Positions 36,754 to 47,502 of a stretch of DNA of 64,000 bases are shown here, piece by piece. The notes beneath the pieces were generated by a model. It was not told the origin of the DNA and ran no database searches. It worked only from the letters and a program-made list of their open reading frames with translations. The position numbers were made by a program, and so were the translations under genes. The DNA is from Capsulimonadaceae bacterium (GTDB taxonomy: Bacteria; Armatimonadota; Armatimonadia; Armatimonadales; Capsulimonadaceae): NCBI GenBank assembly GCA_965215505.1, contig OZ244065.1:4896001-4960000 (forward strand). The letters run 5' to 3'. Every line of letters starts with the position of its first letter. Position 1 is the first letter of the stretch.

Positions 36754-37977
36754 ATGCCAATCAAAACGCCGCGTGTCCGTTCGCCTTACCGGGTCGCCTA
36801 CCTCGTCTCGCACCCGATCCAGTATCAGGCACCGCTGCTGAGATACATCGTCGCGAACACCGAGATCGAGCTGACCGCATTCTTCCTGAGCGACTTCTCC
36901 GTCAGGAGCTACAAAGACGAGGGTTTCGGGACCGAGGTGCAGTGGGACGTGCCGCTGCTGGAAGGCTACCCCTCCCAAGTCCTGCCCGCCCTGGGGGACA
37001 ACCAGCGCCTGACGCCCCTGCGCCCGTTCGTCTACGGCCTGTCCCGGTATCTCAAAGCGGGCCGCTTCGACGCCCTCTGGCTCCACGGCTACGCCCACCA
37101 GGCGAACTTGAGGGCGCTGCTGGTCGCGAAGTCGCTGGGGATGAAGGTGTTCCTGCGGACCGACTCGCAGCTCGCCAGCAGCACGACCCACCCGCTCAAG
37201 GGTTGGCTCAAGGCGCGTCTGCTCCGGCGGCTGTTCCGGCGCGTGGACGGCTTCCTGGTCGCCGGGGAACTGAACCGGGAGTATTTCCGTCACTACGGTG
37301 TGCCGGACTCCAAAATATTTTTGTTGCCGTTCGCGGTGGATAATGACTTCTTCCAGCGCAAGGCCGCCCTCGCCCGGTCCGGGCGGGAGGAACTGAGGGC
37401 TTCCCTCGGACTGACGCCGGGTCGCCCCGTCATCCTTTTTGCCTCCAAGTTCCTGCGGCGCAAGCGGGCGGGGGAACTCTTGGAAGCCTACAGTCGGCTC
37501 TCACCGGACGGCACATCGGAGCCGCACCCTTACCTGCTGTTCGTCGGCGACGGCGAGCAGAAGGCGGAGGTGGAGGCGCAGGCGCAGCATCTGGGCTGGT
37601 CCGGCGTGCGGTTCCTCGGTTTCAAGAACCAGACGGAGCTGCCCCCCCTCCTCGACCTCTGCGACGTGTTCGTACTCCCCGCCGACAGCGAGCCGTGGGG
37701 CCTGATCGTGAACGAGGTCATGAACGCCGCAAAGCCCGTCATCGTCACCGACGAGGTCGGGGCGGCCCCCGATCTGGTCCATGAAGGCGAGAACGGCTAT
37801 GTCGTGCCGGTCGGCGACATCGCGGCACTGGCGAGTCGGCTCCGGGATGTCACCGCAGACCTCGGCAGAGCGCGTCGGATGGGGGAGCGCAGCCTGGAGA
37901 TCATCCAGGGCTGGGGCTTCAAAGAGAACGTCGTCGGCCTGAGGCAAGCTTTGGAAGCGACGGTCGGAACGGTCTGA
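36754..37977 (+). CDS. GT4 glycosyltransferase
   Basis: SHPIQYQAP, FVGDG and EPWGLIVNEVM motifs. Confidence 0.9.
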   Translation: MPIKTPRVRSPYRVAYLVSHPIQYQAPLLRYIVANTEIELTAFFLSDFSVRSYKDEGFGTEVQWDVPLLEGYPSQVLPALGDNQRLTPLRPFVYGLSRYLKAGRFDALWLHGYAHQANLRALLVAKSLGMKVFLRTDSQLASSTTHPLKGWLKARLLRRLFRRVDGFLVAGELNREYFRHYGVPDSKIFLLPFAVDNDFFQRKAALARSGREELRASLGLTPGRPVILFASKFLRRKRAGELLEAYSRLSPDGTSEPHPYLLFVGDGEQKAEVEAQAQHLGWSGVRFLGFKNQTELPPLLDLCDVFVLPADSEPWGLIVNEVMNAAKPVIVTDEVGAAPDLVHEGENGYVVPVGDIAALASRLRDVTADLGRARRMGERSLEIIQGWGFKENVVGLRQALEATVGTV

Positions 37978-38133
37978 CCCTCGTGTGGGAGCCGCAGATG
38001 ACCATAATCACCTTGAAAGAGATGCAGATGACCGATGTGTTCCGGGAACCGCCTGTCAAACGGGACGGCGGTGTCTCAGCCGAACGAAAGTGTGACGTAT
38101 TTCTCGACCGGGTCACGATGCTGGGGAGGCTCC

Positions 38134-39504
38134 ATGTCACAAGCCGTCCGTGAGCGCCTGATGAGGGGCTTCGCTGCGATGGGGTTTTCGTCCGCGATCT
38201 ATCTGCTCATCCAGGTCGGCACCATCCCACTCTTCATCCACTTCTGGGGCAAGACGCTCTATGGCGAGTGGCTGGTTCTTAGCACAGTCCCCTCGTACTT
38301 CGCGCTCTCCGACTTGGGCTTCGCGAACGCGGCCGGCACGGAAATGACTATGAGAGTCGCTCGTGGGGACCGCGAAGGCGCGCTCAAGGTGTTCCAATCC
38401 GCCTGGCTGTTGGTCACAGGCGTTTCCCTGCTCGTGACGCTGGCGACGTTGAGCGTCATCCACTGGCTCCCCTTGGAGCGGTGGCTGAACCTCCCGACGC
38501 TCGCTCACGCCGAGGTCGTGATCATCATTTCCATCCTGGTCTTCCAAGTCTTCTTCGACCTGCAGACCGGCCTGATCAGCGCCGCCTACCGGTGCGACGG
38601 CCATTTCCCGGCCGGGACCATGATCTACAACATCCAGCGCCTGGCCGAGTTTATCGTCGCCGCCGTCGTACTCTGCTGCGGCATCCACCTCGTCGGGCTC
38701 GCCCTGGCGGTCATGGTGACGCGCTTGGTCGGGAACTCCCTGTCCATGCTTTACATGCGGTCCATCAGTCCCTGGCTGACCTTCGGTTGGCAGCAAGCAG
38801 ACCTGGCGACCTTGAAACAGATCACCTCGCCGGCCCTGACATTTATGGGCTTTCCAATCGGCTTTGCCTTGAGTCTCCAGGGGACGGTCATGGTCGTAGG
38901 AATCGTTCTCGGCCCTGGGGCGGTCACCCTCTTCACCGCCTCACGGACGCTGACCAGGTTCGTCTGGCAGATATTGAACGCGATCACGAACACGATATGG
39001 GTCGAACTGTCTACCGCCTTTGGTTCAAACGATATTGCCCTGGCACGCAGCCTGCACCGGCGGGCTTGCCAAGCCGCCCTATGGATCGCGGTGGCCTCCA
39101 GCATCGCCCTGTTTTTCATCGGGCCGACCATCTTCCGGCTGTGGACGCAGGGTAAAGTGCCTTTTGACTCGACACTGTTCAGCTTGCTGCTTATCGTGGT
39201 CGTCGTGAGCAGTTTCTGGTCTGTAAGCTATGCGGTACAGCTCTCCGTCAACCGCCACCAGAAGCTGGCGGCGATCTTCGTCGGTGCCACCACCCTCTCA
39301 CTCGGTCTCGCCCTCGTGCTGACGCGCCTGATGGGTCTGCACGGGACCGCGCTCTCCCTGCTCGTGATCGACCTCTTCATGAGTGCCTATGTTGTGCGGC
39401 AGTCCCTCGTGCTGGTGCAGGACACGCTGCCGGCTTTCATCAAGTTCATCCTGACGCCGCCGTTTCTCAAGCCGCCGCCACGCCCCATGGCGGAAGCTGC
39501 GTGA
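38134..39504 (+). CDS. Wzx-like polysaccharide flippase
   Basis: About 12 TM helices; WGKTLYGEW and SDLG motifs; GGAGG RBS. Confidence 0.8.
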   Translation: MSQAVRERLMRGFAAMGFSSAIYLLIQVGTIPLFIHFWGKTLYGEWLVLSTVPSYFALSDLGFANAAGTEMTMRVARGDREGALKVFQSAWLLVTGVSLLVTLATLSVIHWLPLERWLNLPTLAHAEVVIIISILVFQVFFDLQTGLISAAYRCDGHFPAGTMIYNIQRLAEFIVAAVVLCCGIHLVGLALAVMVTRLVGNSLSMLYMRSISPWLTFGWQQADLATLKQITSPALTFMGFPIGFALSLQGTVMVVGIVLGPGAVTLFTASRTLTRFVWQILNAITNTIWVELSTAFGSNDIALARSLHRRACQAALWIAVASSIALFFIGPTIFRLWTQGKVPFDSTLFSLLLIVVVVSSFWSVSYAVQLSVNRHQKLAAIFVGATTLSLGLALVLTRLMGLHGTALSLLVIDLFMSAYVVRQSLVLVQDTLPAFIKFILTPPFLKPPPRPMAEAA

Positions 39505-39622
39505 GCAACGCCGCTGTCGGACCCCGGCGTGAGAGGGGCGTGGGTATGCCGCGAGGCGACGTTCAGAGTAGAATGCCGGGAGCCACCGGAAACTTGAGAC
39601 ACAAGACAAGACGCAAGATAAA

Positions 39623-40840
39623 ATGAGAATCGTGTTATCAGGGACCAGCAAGTTCCACACCTTTGACCTTGCCCGGCAGCTCGAGCGGCGCGGCGTCCTT
39701 GAGCGCATCTTCTCCGGCTATCCGCGCTGGAAACTCCGCGCCGAACGTCTGCCGCAAAGCAAGATTTGGGCGCTGCCTTGGATCTATCTAACCTATAACA
39801 TCATCTTCCAGCTCACGGCGAACCGCCGTCTGCGCTGGGGAGTTTCCTGGTTAGGCAACCAGGCGCTCGATGCCTTCACGGCGGCGTTCCTGCCCCCATG
39901 CGACGTGTTCATGGCGATTGCCGCCAATGGGCTGCACACCGGACGCAAGGCGCAGAGGCGCGGCGGCACCTACATCTGCGATCGGCCCTGCTCACACATC
40001 CGCTACCAGGACCGGATCTTGCGCGAAGAGTACGAGCGACAGGGCCTGCACTTTGAGGGGATAGATCCGCGCGTCATCGCCAAGGAGGAAGCCGAATACG
40101 CTCAGGCGGACCTAGTCGTTGTCGGGTCCAGTTTCGCCGAGAGGTCGTTCCGAGAAATGGGATTCCCGCCGGAGAAGGTGCGCCGCGTTTCCTACGGCGT
40201 GGATCTCTCCCAATTTTACCCCGTCGCCGAGCCTGACCCTGATGAGTTCAGTGTTCTCTTCGTCGGTGCGGTCGTGATCCGGAAGGGGTTCAGCTATCTG
40301 CTCGAAGCCTTCGCCGATCTGGACCACCCGCGCAAGCGGCTGACGTTCGTCGGCAATGTTTCCCCGGAGGCGAAGGCGGTGATCGCCCGTGCCGCCGAAA
40401 CCCTGCCGGTCACCTGCCTGGGGCACGTCCCACAGCCGCGGCTCAAGGAGATCATGAGCCGCAGCCATGTCATGGTACTCCCGAGCGTCGAGGAGGGCCT
40501 CGCGCTCGTTCAGGCGCAGGCGATGGCCTGCGGCTGCCCGGTCATCGCCAGCACCAACACCGGCTCCGAAGACCTGTTCGATGATGGAGTGCAGGGCTTC
40601 ATCGTCCCGATCCGGGACCCGGCGGCCATCACGCAGCGGATGCAGCGGCTCGCCGACGACCCCGGCCTGCGCGGGCGGATGTCGGCGGCCTGCATCGAGC
40701 GCGTCAAGGCGCTCGGCGGCTGGGACCGCTACGGCGACACCATGGTCGCGATCATGGAAGAACTGGTAGAGGCAAAACGGAGTGCCGTGACTGCTGCCTC
40801 GCCGCTCGGCACCGGCTACGCCGCCTCCGCCCGGCACTGA
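39623..40840 (+). CDS. GT4 glycosyltransferase
   Basis: YGVDL, RKG and LPSVEEGLALVQAQAMACGCP motifs. Confidence 0.9.
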   Translation: MRIVLSGTSKFHTFDLARQLERRGVLERIFSGYPRWKLRAERLPQSKIWALPWIYLTYNIIFQLTANRRLRWGVSWLGNQALDAFTAAFLPPCDVFMAIAANGLHTGRKAQRRGGTYICDRPCSHIRYQDRILREEYERQGLHFEGIDPRVIAKEEAEYAQADLVVVGSSFAERSFREMGFPPEKVRRVSYGVDLSQFYPVAEPDPDEFSVLFVGAVVIRKGFSYLLEAFADLDHPRKRLTFVGNVSPEAKAVIARAAETLPVTCLGHVPQPRLKEIMSRSHVMVLPSVEEGLALVQAQAMACGCPVIASTNTGSEDLFDDGVQGFIVPIRDPAAITQRMQRLADDPGLRGRMSAACIERVKALGGWDRYGDTMVAIMEELVEAKRSAVTAASPLGTGYAASARH

Positions 40841-40891
40841 CCCTGCCCGGCACTGACTCCGCATCGAACGCCAACTTAACAGGTACACGCA

Positions 40892-42112
40892 TTGAGCATC
40901 GTGACAAACAACGACCCGCACACAAAAGACGTCGCGGAGGACGACGGGGCCAGCCAGCCGAAGCTTGCCTCGGCCCCGTTGCCCGCCCCGAGGGTTCATC
41001 TGGCTTATCTGGACGGCCTGCGGGCACTGGCCGCGCTGTATGTCGTCCTGCACCACGCCTCCCGCTATGCCTTTGACAATCTGGCTCCAGATCGGATGAC
41101 GCCGATACAGAAACAGCTCGCCTTCGTGTTTCTCGGAGGGAGTCTGGCGGTCGTGTTGTTCATCGTGCTGTCCGGTTTCTGCCTCATGCTGCCCGTAGTC
41201 CGCGGCGATGGGACGCTGCGGGGTGGGGCGCTTCATTTTCTGGGGAAGCGGGTGCGACGGATACTGCCGCCCTACTACTTTGCCATCGGGCTTTCCCTGT
41301 TGCTGATCTGCCTCTTGATCGGGACAAGAACAGGAACGGTCTGGGACGAGTGTACAGACATCACCGTGTCCACGCTCGTGACTCACCTGCTTCTGATACA
41401 GAATTTGTCCGTGTCTACGGCCAGCGGCATCAATTATCCTCTGTGGACTGTCGCCATCGAGTGGCAGATATATTTTCTGTTCCCACTCCTGGTTTGGGGC
41501 TGGGGACGCCTCGGCCCCATTCTGACGGTGGCCATGACGCTGGGACTGTCGGTGATCGCCAATGAGGACCTGAAGAACACGCCGTTCCTGGGCGCTAACC
41601 CGGTGTTCCTGGGGGCCTTCGCTCTTGGAATGCTGGGGGCAGGGATCGCCTACGGCGACCATGCGCTGCTGACCGCCTGGCGGCAGCGTGTCCCCTGGCT
41701 TTGGCTCACACTTGCGCTCGCGCTTGCTTTCTACCTGCCGATGATGATCCTCCGTAAAGTTCCCCTGGGTGCAACCCCGGCTGAGGTGGTGTTCGCGATG
41801 CTGTCTGTTTCTCTAATCATCCTGGCCTCACGGCCGGGCGCGAACCCCCTAAACCGGGTACTCTCCTGGAAGCCGCTGGTGACCGTCGGCGTGTTCTCTT
41901 ATAGTCTCTACCTGATCCATGCACCGGTCCTACAGTTGATCTGGCAGTATGGTCTGCTCGCCCGGCATTTGGAGCCGGTGCCTTTGTTTTTGGTACTGGC
42001 CTTCATCGGCGTACCTCTGATCGTGGCTGCCTCCTATGTTTTCAGCCTGGGGTGTGAGCGTCCCTTCCTCAGCCCGCACGCCAAAAAAGTGGCGAAGCAG
42101 GTGGAGGCTTGA
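40892..42112 (+). CDS. Acyltransferase family 3 (OafA-like)
   Basis: LDGLRALA, FIVLSGF, RRILPPY, WTVAIEWQIY and SYSLYLIH motifs. Confidence 0.9.
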   Translation: MSIVTNNDPHTKDVAEDDGASQPKLASAPLPAPRVHLAYLDGLRALAALYVVLHHASRYAFDNLAPDRMTPIQKQLAFVFLGGSLAVVLFIVLSGFCLMLPVVRGDGTLRGGALHFLGKRVRRILPPYYFAIGLSLLLICLLIGTRTGTVWDECTDITVSTLVTHLLLIQNLSVSTASGINYPLWTVAIEWQIYFLFPLLVWGWGRLGPILTVAMTLGLSVIANEDLKNTPFLGANPVFLGAFALGMLGAGIAYGDHALLTAWRQRVPWLWLTLALALAFYLPMMILRKVPLGATPAEVVFAMLSVSLIILASRPGANPLNRVLSWKPLVTVGVFSYSLYLIHAPVLQLIWQYGLLARHLEPVPLFLVLAFIGVPLIVAASYVFSLGCERPFLSPHAKKVAKQVEA

Positions 42113-42364
42113 CCACGTCCTGTCGCGCCGGCGATCATGCACCTCCCGCCGGTGTTCTGCGGCACCATGACGCGAGAAGAACGTCACTCGCTCTTTCGGG
42201 CGTACAGGACTCCGGGCGCACCTCCTCCGAGCCGGAGCCGTGCGGGTGATCGTGGTGGCCTTGATTGTGGCGGCCTTGCCTGAATGCCGCCGAGGCGTGG
42301 GAACTAGTGAGATGGAATGTTTTCCGAGGAACTCCGTGCGAGAGCGCGCTGCTGAGGCACTATC

Positions 42365-43999
42365 ATGATAAACCGCGCTGCGTTGAACCCGGCTTTTGCT
42401 TCCCCCGTCCCGCGTGTCAGCCGGGCGCTGTGTCTGCTGGGGGCGGCACTGCTCTTCATGGTACTCCAGATAGCAAGCGGCACCGGCGGCGTCTACGCCC
42501 TGCTGGTGTTCACGCTCCTGATCATTTCATACTATGCCGCGACTTGGGCTGGCGGCCTGGAGACGCTGTTCGGGCTTGCCATCGTGTATCTCTTGCTTCA
42601 GCACGTCTTGATCTCCCAGGTCGCCAAAGTCTTTTTCTGGGAGTCCGCAGACGCGCCGCTCAGGCGCCCACTGGAAACGATAGGCGTCTACAATGTCGGC
42701 ATGGCGAGCTTCGCCCTCGGTATTCTGGTAGCGAACAAATTTCGCCGCCGGAAGGCGCCGCTGTTCATCGCGGAGACGAAGCCCAGTCGCCTGCTCTGGA
42801 TGAGCATCCTCTGCACCCTCTTCGCCACCGCCGTGCAACTGGCGACCCACACCGTCGGCATTGATGCCCGGACAGGAGGATCACTCCAGGGCGGGGTACT
42901 CGGGCCTCTCAAGCAGCTCGGCTTTTTGGGTCCGCTCGCGGTCGCCAGCGGAACGGCTTACATGATCAAATCATCCGGCAGGCGCCGCAGCCTCGGCCTG
43001 GTGAACCTGATTCCCATGCTCTCCCAGATCGCTTTCGCGATCCTTACCGCTCTGCGCGAGGCTACCGTCATCCCGATCATCGTCTACGGCCTGACCTGCA
43101 TCGCATTCCGCTATCGTTTCCGGCTAAAACATTACGCAGTGCTGCTCGTAGGTGCCTACGTCGCGAACTTCATCATCTTCCCGTATGCGCTGGTCGGGCG
43201 CAACGTCGTCCGCACCGGCTCTTTCGAGGAGAACGTGAGTCGGTCCACCAGCATGCTACTGGAGATCGCCCAGAACCCGTATAAATACCGTGACCTTGTT
43301 GATCACCAGAATGCAAAAAGGTCAAAGGAGCAGAGGCAGTTCGACTACTTCAACAACCCGTCACCGACTCTGACGCGCTACTCGCTCATCGTGGTTTCGG
43401 ACGGCCTTGTGGATGCGGCCATTAACCAGGGGTTTACGGGATGGGAGACAATCACGCCGGGCTTCGAGGCGTCGCTGCCGCGCTTCCTCAATCCCGACAA
43501 GCCGTTCGTGCAGATCGGCAATTTCCTGACTCATCGCGTACCGGGATTGAGTGTCGGCAGAAAAGACCACACAACCGGGATTTCGATCGGCCTTTTTTCC
43601 GATGCCTTCACCTGCTTCGGGTGGCTGGGAATCGCTGTCATTCCTTTCCTGATCATGTTCTGGCTCATGATGATATACCGTGCCTTGATTGATGACCGCC
43701 TCTGGGGCAACGTCCTGGTCTTGTCTCTCCTGCCGGGCTTCTCGTTCTTGGTTCTGTCCGAAAGCTCTACCGCAGACCTGATCGTCGTAAGTACGGCGGG
43801 CACTCTCGGCATCGCCACGGGCCTCGTGTGCCTTTATATGCTTGTACACATCCTGGATGAGACGACAGCCCGTGTGGGCCGGGCGGTGACGGCAAACATG
43901 CACATGCGTCGGCATGCATTGCAGAGAATCATGGTAGCTACTCACCATACAGGCAAACTCATAGGCGTCGAGCGGGCCGGTTCGGTTGAAGATGTCTGA
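42365..43999 (+). CDS. Polytopic membrane protein, probable Wzy-like polymerase
   Basis: Many TM helices with one large loop; position in a Wzx/Wzy-type locus (function is inferred). Confidence 0.6.
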   Translation: MINRAALNPAFASPVPRVSRALCLLGAALLFMVLQIASGTGGVYALLVFTLLIISYYAATWAGGLETLFGLAIVYLLLQHVLISQVAKVFFWESADAPLRRPLETIGVYNVGMASFALGILVANKFRRRKAPLFIAETKPSRLLWMSILCTLFATAVQLATHTVGIDARTGGSLQGGVLGPLKQLGFLGPLAVASGTAYMIKSSGRRRSLGLVNLIPMLSQIAFAILTALREATVIPIIVYGLTCIAFRYRFRLKHYAVLLVGAYVANFIIFPYALVGRNVVRTGSFEENVSRSTSMLLEIAQNPYKYRDLVDHQNAKRSKEQRQFDYFNNPSPTLTRYSLIVVSDGLVDAAINQGFTGWETITPGFEASLPRFLNPDKPFVQIGNFLTHRVPGLSVGRKDHTTGISIGLFSDAFTCFGWLGIAVIPFLIMFWLMMIYRALIDDRLWGNVLVLSLLPGFSFLVLSESSTADLIVVSTAGTLGIATGLVCLYMLVHILDETTARVGRAVTANMHMRRHALQRIMVATHHTGKLIGVERAGSVEDV

Positions 44000-44049
44000 T
44001 CACCGGTCCCGCCAGTGGGTTTCGCTTTGCTGCTGTCTTACCTCTATTA

Positions 44050-45157
44050 AGTAGTTGTGCAGAAATAGGCTATAATTAGGTCACGATGAGCCGACTGATT
44101 ATTCTTAACCTGACTGACGAGGAGCGCACCGCCCTAGAGAAAGGCTCCCGCCACGGCACCAGCCATGCCTTCCGCACCCGCTGCCGCATGATCCTGCTCA
44201 AAGCCGACCGCCTGCCCTCGGCCCAGGTCGCCGAGCAGATCGGTTGCTGCATGATCGCCGTCAACGGCTGGGTCAAACGCTATCAAGCCGACGGCCTCGG
44301 CGGCCTGAAGACCAAACACGGGCGTGGCCGAAGAGCCATCCTCGATGACGGGGCCGATCTGGCGCAGGTGCAGGCCGCCGTGCAGAGCCACCGCCAGAAG
44401 ATCAGCCTCGCCAGGGCCGAACTCGAAGCGAGCCTGGGCAAAGAGTTCAGCACGACCACGCTCAAGCGTTTTCTCAGCTCAAGCGTTTTCTCAAAAACAT
44501 CGCTGCCGCTACAAGCGACTGAGGAAGCGGCCCAAAGGCCAGCCCAACCCTGATGTGTACGCGCTGCGGGCCGCGTGCCTGGCCGAACTCGAACGACTCT
44601 CCGAGCAAGGTCGCCTTGATCTTTTCTCTGGTGACGAGAGTGGCGTCTCGCTGGAGCCGTGCGTCCCGTATGCCTGGCAGTTCCCCGGCGAGCGGGTGTC
44701 CATGCCTGCGGCCAAAGGCGGCGGCCTCAACTGCTTCGCCCTGCTCGCGCGCGACAACCGCTGCCTGGCGCAGACCACAACGGGAGCGATCACGGGTGCC
44801 TTCGTGGCCGAGCAGCTTGACCGCCTCTCGCTGAGCCTGCCCAAGCCGACGATGGTCGTGCTGGACAATGCGCCGATCCACCACGGGCGGGCGATCCGTC
44901 AGCGGCGGGACGCCTGGCAGGAGCGGGGCCTGTTCGTGTTCTATCTGCCGACGTATTCGCCGCACCTCAACATCGCCGAGGTATTGTGGCGCAAGCTCAA
45001 GCACGAGTGGCTGCGGGCCGAGGACTATGCGGACGCCCCGACGCTGCATTATCAGGTCTGGCTGGCCCTGAAGGCGGTCGGCACGTCGCTGAGGATCAAC
45101 TTCTCGCCCTTCCGGCAGAGCGGGGGTCTAAGTCAAACCTAATTCTGGACGGGTACT
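44050..45157 (+). mobile_element. IS630-family insertion sequence, second diverged copy
   Basis: IRs AGTAGTTGTGCAGAAATAGGCT and AGTACCCGTCCAGAATTAGGTT (16/22); TA at 44048-44049 and 45158-45159. Confidence 0.9.
44086..45142 (+). pseudogene. IS630 transposase with a 17-bp duplication at the orfA/orfB junction
   Basis: Homologous to copy 1 (GDESG, LDNAPIH, YSPHLNIAE); GCTCAAGCGTTTTCTCA occurs twice at 44460-44493. Confidence 0.7.
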
Positions 45158-45400
45158 TACCTCCTGGTAGAGAAGCCCTCGCATCAGCTGGCGCGACGCA
45201 TGAAGGCGGTCGGCGGGCACAAGGTTTCCCCCCGAAGCTGGAGAGCGGACTGAAAAGGGTGGCAGGGGAACAAGCGCTGGCAGACCGAGAAACGACGAGG
45301 CGAGTTTCTGTTGGAGCCGCCGACTTTGATTCTCGTGGGGAAGCAGGGCGAGGGTAGTTATCGATGACAGAGGACCACATGTATCGGTGAGGAGAGTACG

Positions 45401-46198
45401 ATGAAATTCGCAAACAAAATCCATGGGATCAAATCCCTTATGCTGTTCGACAACAAATTACAACTTTTGTTGTCCCGGACGCTGTTCCACAGCAACCCTG
45501 TGGTGATTTACTGCCTTCGCGGCAAGCACATCCTCGTGGATCACAGTGCTGACGACGAGAACGGCACGAGAGCCGCAATTACTTCGCCGATGTATCAGCA
45601 GTTCCTTTCACAGATGAAACTGCGCGACCGTGTCAATGTCCTCGATTTGGGCGCGAACGGCGGCGGCTTCCCGCTCATGCTGGAGCTGAACGACATCCGC
45701 ATCCGGAAGCTTGCCTGCGTTGAGTTCAACCCGAATACCTACACGCGCCTGCGCTTCAATATTGAGCGTAACATCCCGGCTGAGTTCATCGGCCTCAATG
45801 TGGCGGTGTGTGGGGAGAAGCAGGAATTTGAGGTCGCCCTCGGCGCTGGGGGAACGGACGACAATCTCTACAAAGAGCGGGATGACAGCGGTGCGCGCCG
45901 CTTCAAAATTCAAGGACTGACTTTCGATGACATCTACACTTCCACGTTCGGCGATGAGTGGGTGGATGTCTGCAAAATAGATGTCGAGAGGGCGGAGTAT
46001 GATATACTCGCGACGCCGTCCCATGAGTGTCTGCGTCGCTGTACCTATCTGGTCATGGAAATCCATCCGCACCCGACCATAGAGAAAAAGACGGTCGTTG
46101 ACGAACTCGCGCGCCTCGGCTTCGAGGAAGCCGCACGCGACGCGGAGACGGATCAGGATGTTTACTTGTTCCGGAATACGAACGCGTCGATCGCATGA
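45401..46198 (+). CDS. FkbM-family methyltransferase
   Basis: VLDLGANGG, VEFNP, NVAV and KIDVERAEY motifs. Confidence 0.85.
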   Translation: MKFANKIHGIKSLMLFDNKLQLLLSRTLFHSNPVVIYCLRGKHILVDHSADDENGTRAAITSPMYQQFLSQMKLRDRVNVLDLGANGGGFPLMLELNDIRIRKLACVEFNPNTYTRLRFNIERNIPAEFIGLNVAVCGEKQEFEVALGAGGTDDNLYKERDDSGARRFKIQGLTFDDIYTSTFGDEWVDVCKIDVERAEYDILATPSHECLRRCTYLVMEIHPHPTIEKKTVVDELARLGFEEAARDAETDQDVYLFRNTNASIA

Positions 46199-46284
46199 CC
46201 CCCGCCGGGTGAACACTCGAGTTAGAACACATGGAGTGATTTGGGAACCAGAATGGCGATCTATTTTCTTGCGAAGGGTTCAGC

Positions 46285-47502
46285 GTGAACATTTTACAAG
46301 TCATCTCCTCCACGGATCTCGCCCATGGTGGCGTGATGGAGGGGACGCGGCAGACGAGCGAAGCGCTGACGCAGATGGGGCACCACGTCGAGGTTGCCTC
46401 TGCGGATGACCCCGCCGCGCCGTGGCTGCGCGACCTGGGCTTTACGGTTCACGCACTCGGTCCGGGCAGATCGGGCTACTGTTATGCGCTGGGCATGATC
46501 CCCTGGCTGCGCGGGAACGCGCCCCGCTTTGACGCCGTCATCGTCAACGGCCTCTGGCAGCATCCCGGCTTTGCCGTCCGGCGCGCTCTGCGGGGCACAC
46601 GGACGCCTTACTTCGTCTACACGCACGGGATGCTGGACCCGTGGTTCAAGCGGACCTACCCCATGAAGCACCTGAAGAAGAGCCTGTACTGGTCGTGGGG
46701 CGAGTACCGTGTTCTCCGGGACGCGCAGGCCGTACTGTTCACCTGTGAGGAGGAGAAACTGCTGGCCCGTCAGTCGTTCCGCCTCTACCGCGCGAACGAG
46801 GTCGTGGTCAGCTACGGCACTGTGGGGCCGACTGGCGACGCGGCGACGCAGAAGGCGGCGTTTCTGACGCGCCATCCGGAGCTTCAAGGTAAGCGCCTGC
46901 TCCTGTTCCTAAGCCGCATCCATGTCAAGAAGGGCTGTGACCTGTTGATTGACGCGTTCGCCCGAGTCGCACAATCCGACCCGTCGCTGCGCCTCGTCAT
47001 GGCGGGTCCGGACCAGACCGGCTGGCGACCCGAGCTGGAGCGGCAGGCGACGTCCCTGGGCATCGCGGACCGAGTCGCCTGGCCGGGGATGCTGACGGGC
47101 GACGTGAAGTGGGGCGCGTTCCGGGCGGCGGAAGCGTTCGTGCTGCCGTCGCACCAGGAGAACTTCGGGATCGCCGTCGCCGAGGCGCTGGCCTGCGGCT
47201 TGCCCGCCCTGATCTCGAACAAGGTGAACATCTGGCGCGAGATCGATCAGGATGGCGCGGGCCTCGTGGCGGAAGACACCCAGGAAGGCGCGCGGCGCCT
47301 GCTGCAAGAATGGCTCGCCCTCCCCGCCGAGGCACGGGAGGGCATGGCCCGCCGCGCCCGCGCGTGCTTCCAGGCCCGGTTCGACATCCGCATCGCGGCC
47401 GAAAATCTGCTGGAGGCGCTTCGCGCTCCCGCCGGCGGGAGCCGCGCCGACAGTGTAGAAAAGGAAGGAGCCAGTCATGTCCGCCATTCTCCGGGAGGTT
47501 AA
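46285..47502 (+). CDS. GT4 glycosyltransferase
   Basis: HGMLDPW, LSRIHVKKG and PSHQENFGIAVAEALACG motifs. Confidence 0.9.
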   Translation: MNILQVISSTDLAHGGVMEGTRQTSEALTQMGHHVEVASADDPAAPWLRDLGFTVHALGPGRSGYCYALGMIPWLRGNAPRFDAVIVNGLWQHPGFAVRRALRGTRTPYFVYTHGMLDPWFKRTYPMKHLKKSLYWSWGEYRVLRDAQAVLFTCEEEKLLARQSFRLYRANEVVVSYGTVGPTGDAATQKAAFLTRHPELQGKRLLLFLSRIHVKKGCDLLIDAFARVAQSDPSLRLVMAGPDQTGWRPELERQATSLGIADRVAWPGMLTGDVKWGAFRAAEAFVLPSHQENFGIAVAEALACGLPALISNKVNIWREIDQDGAGLVAEDTQEGARRLLQEWLALPAEAREGMARRARACFQARFDIRIAAENLLEALRAPAGGSRADSVEKEGASHVRHSPGG

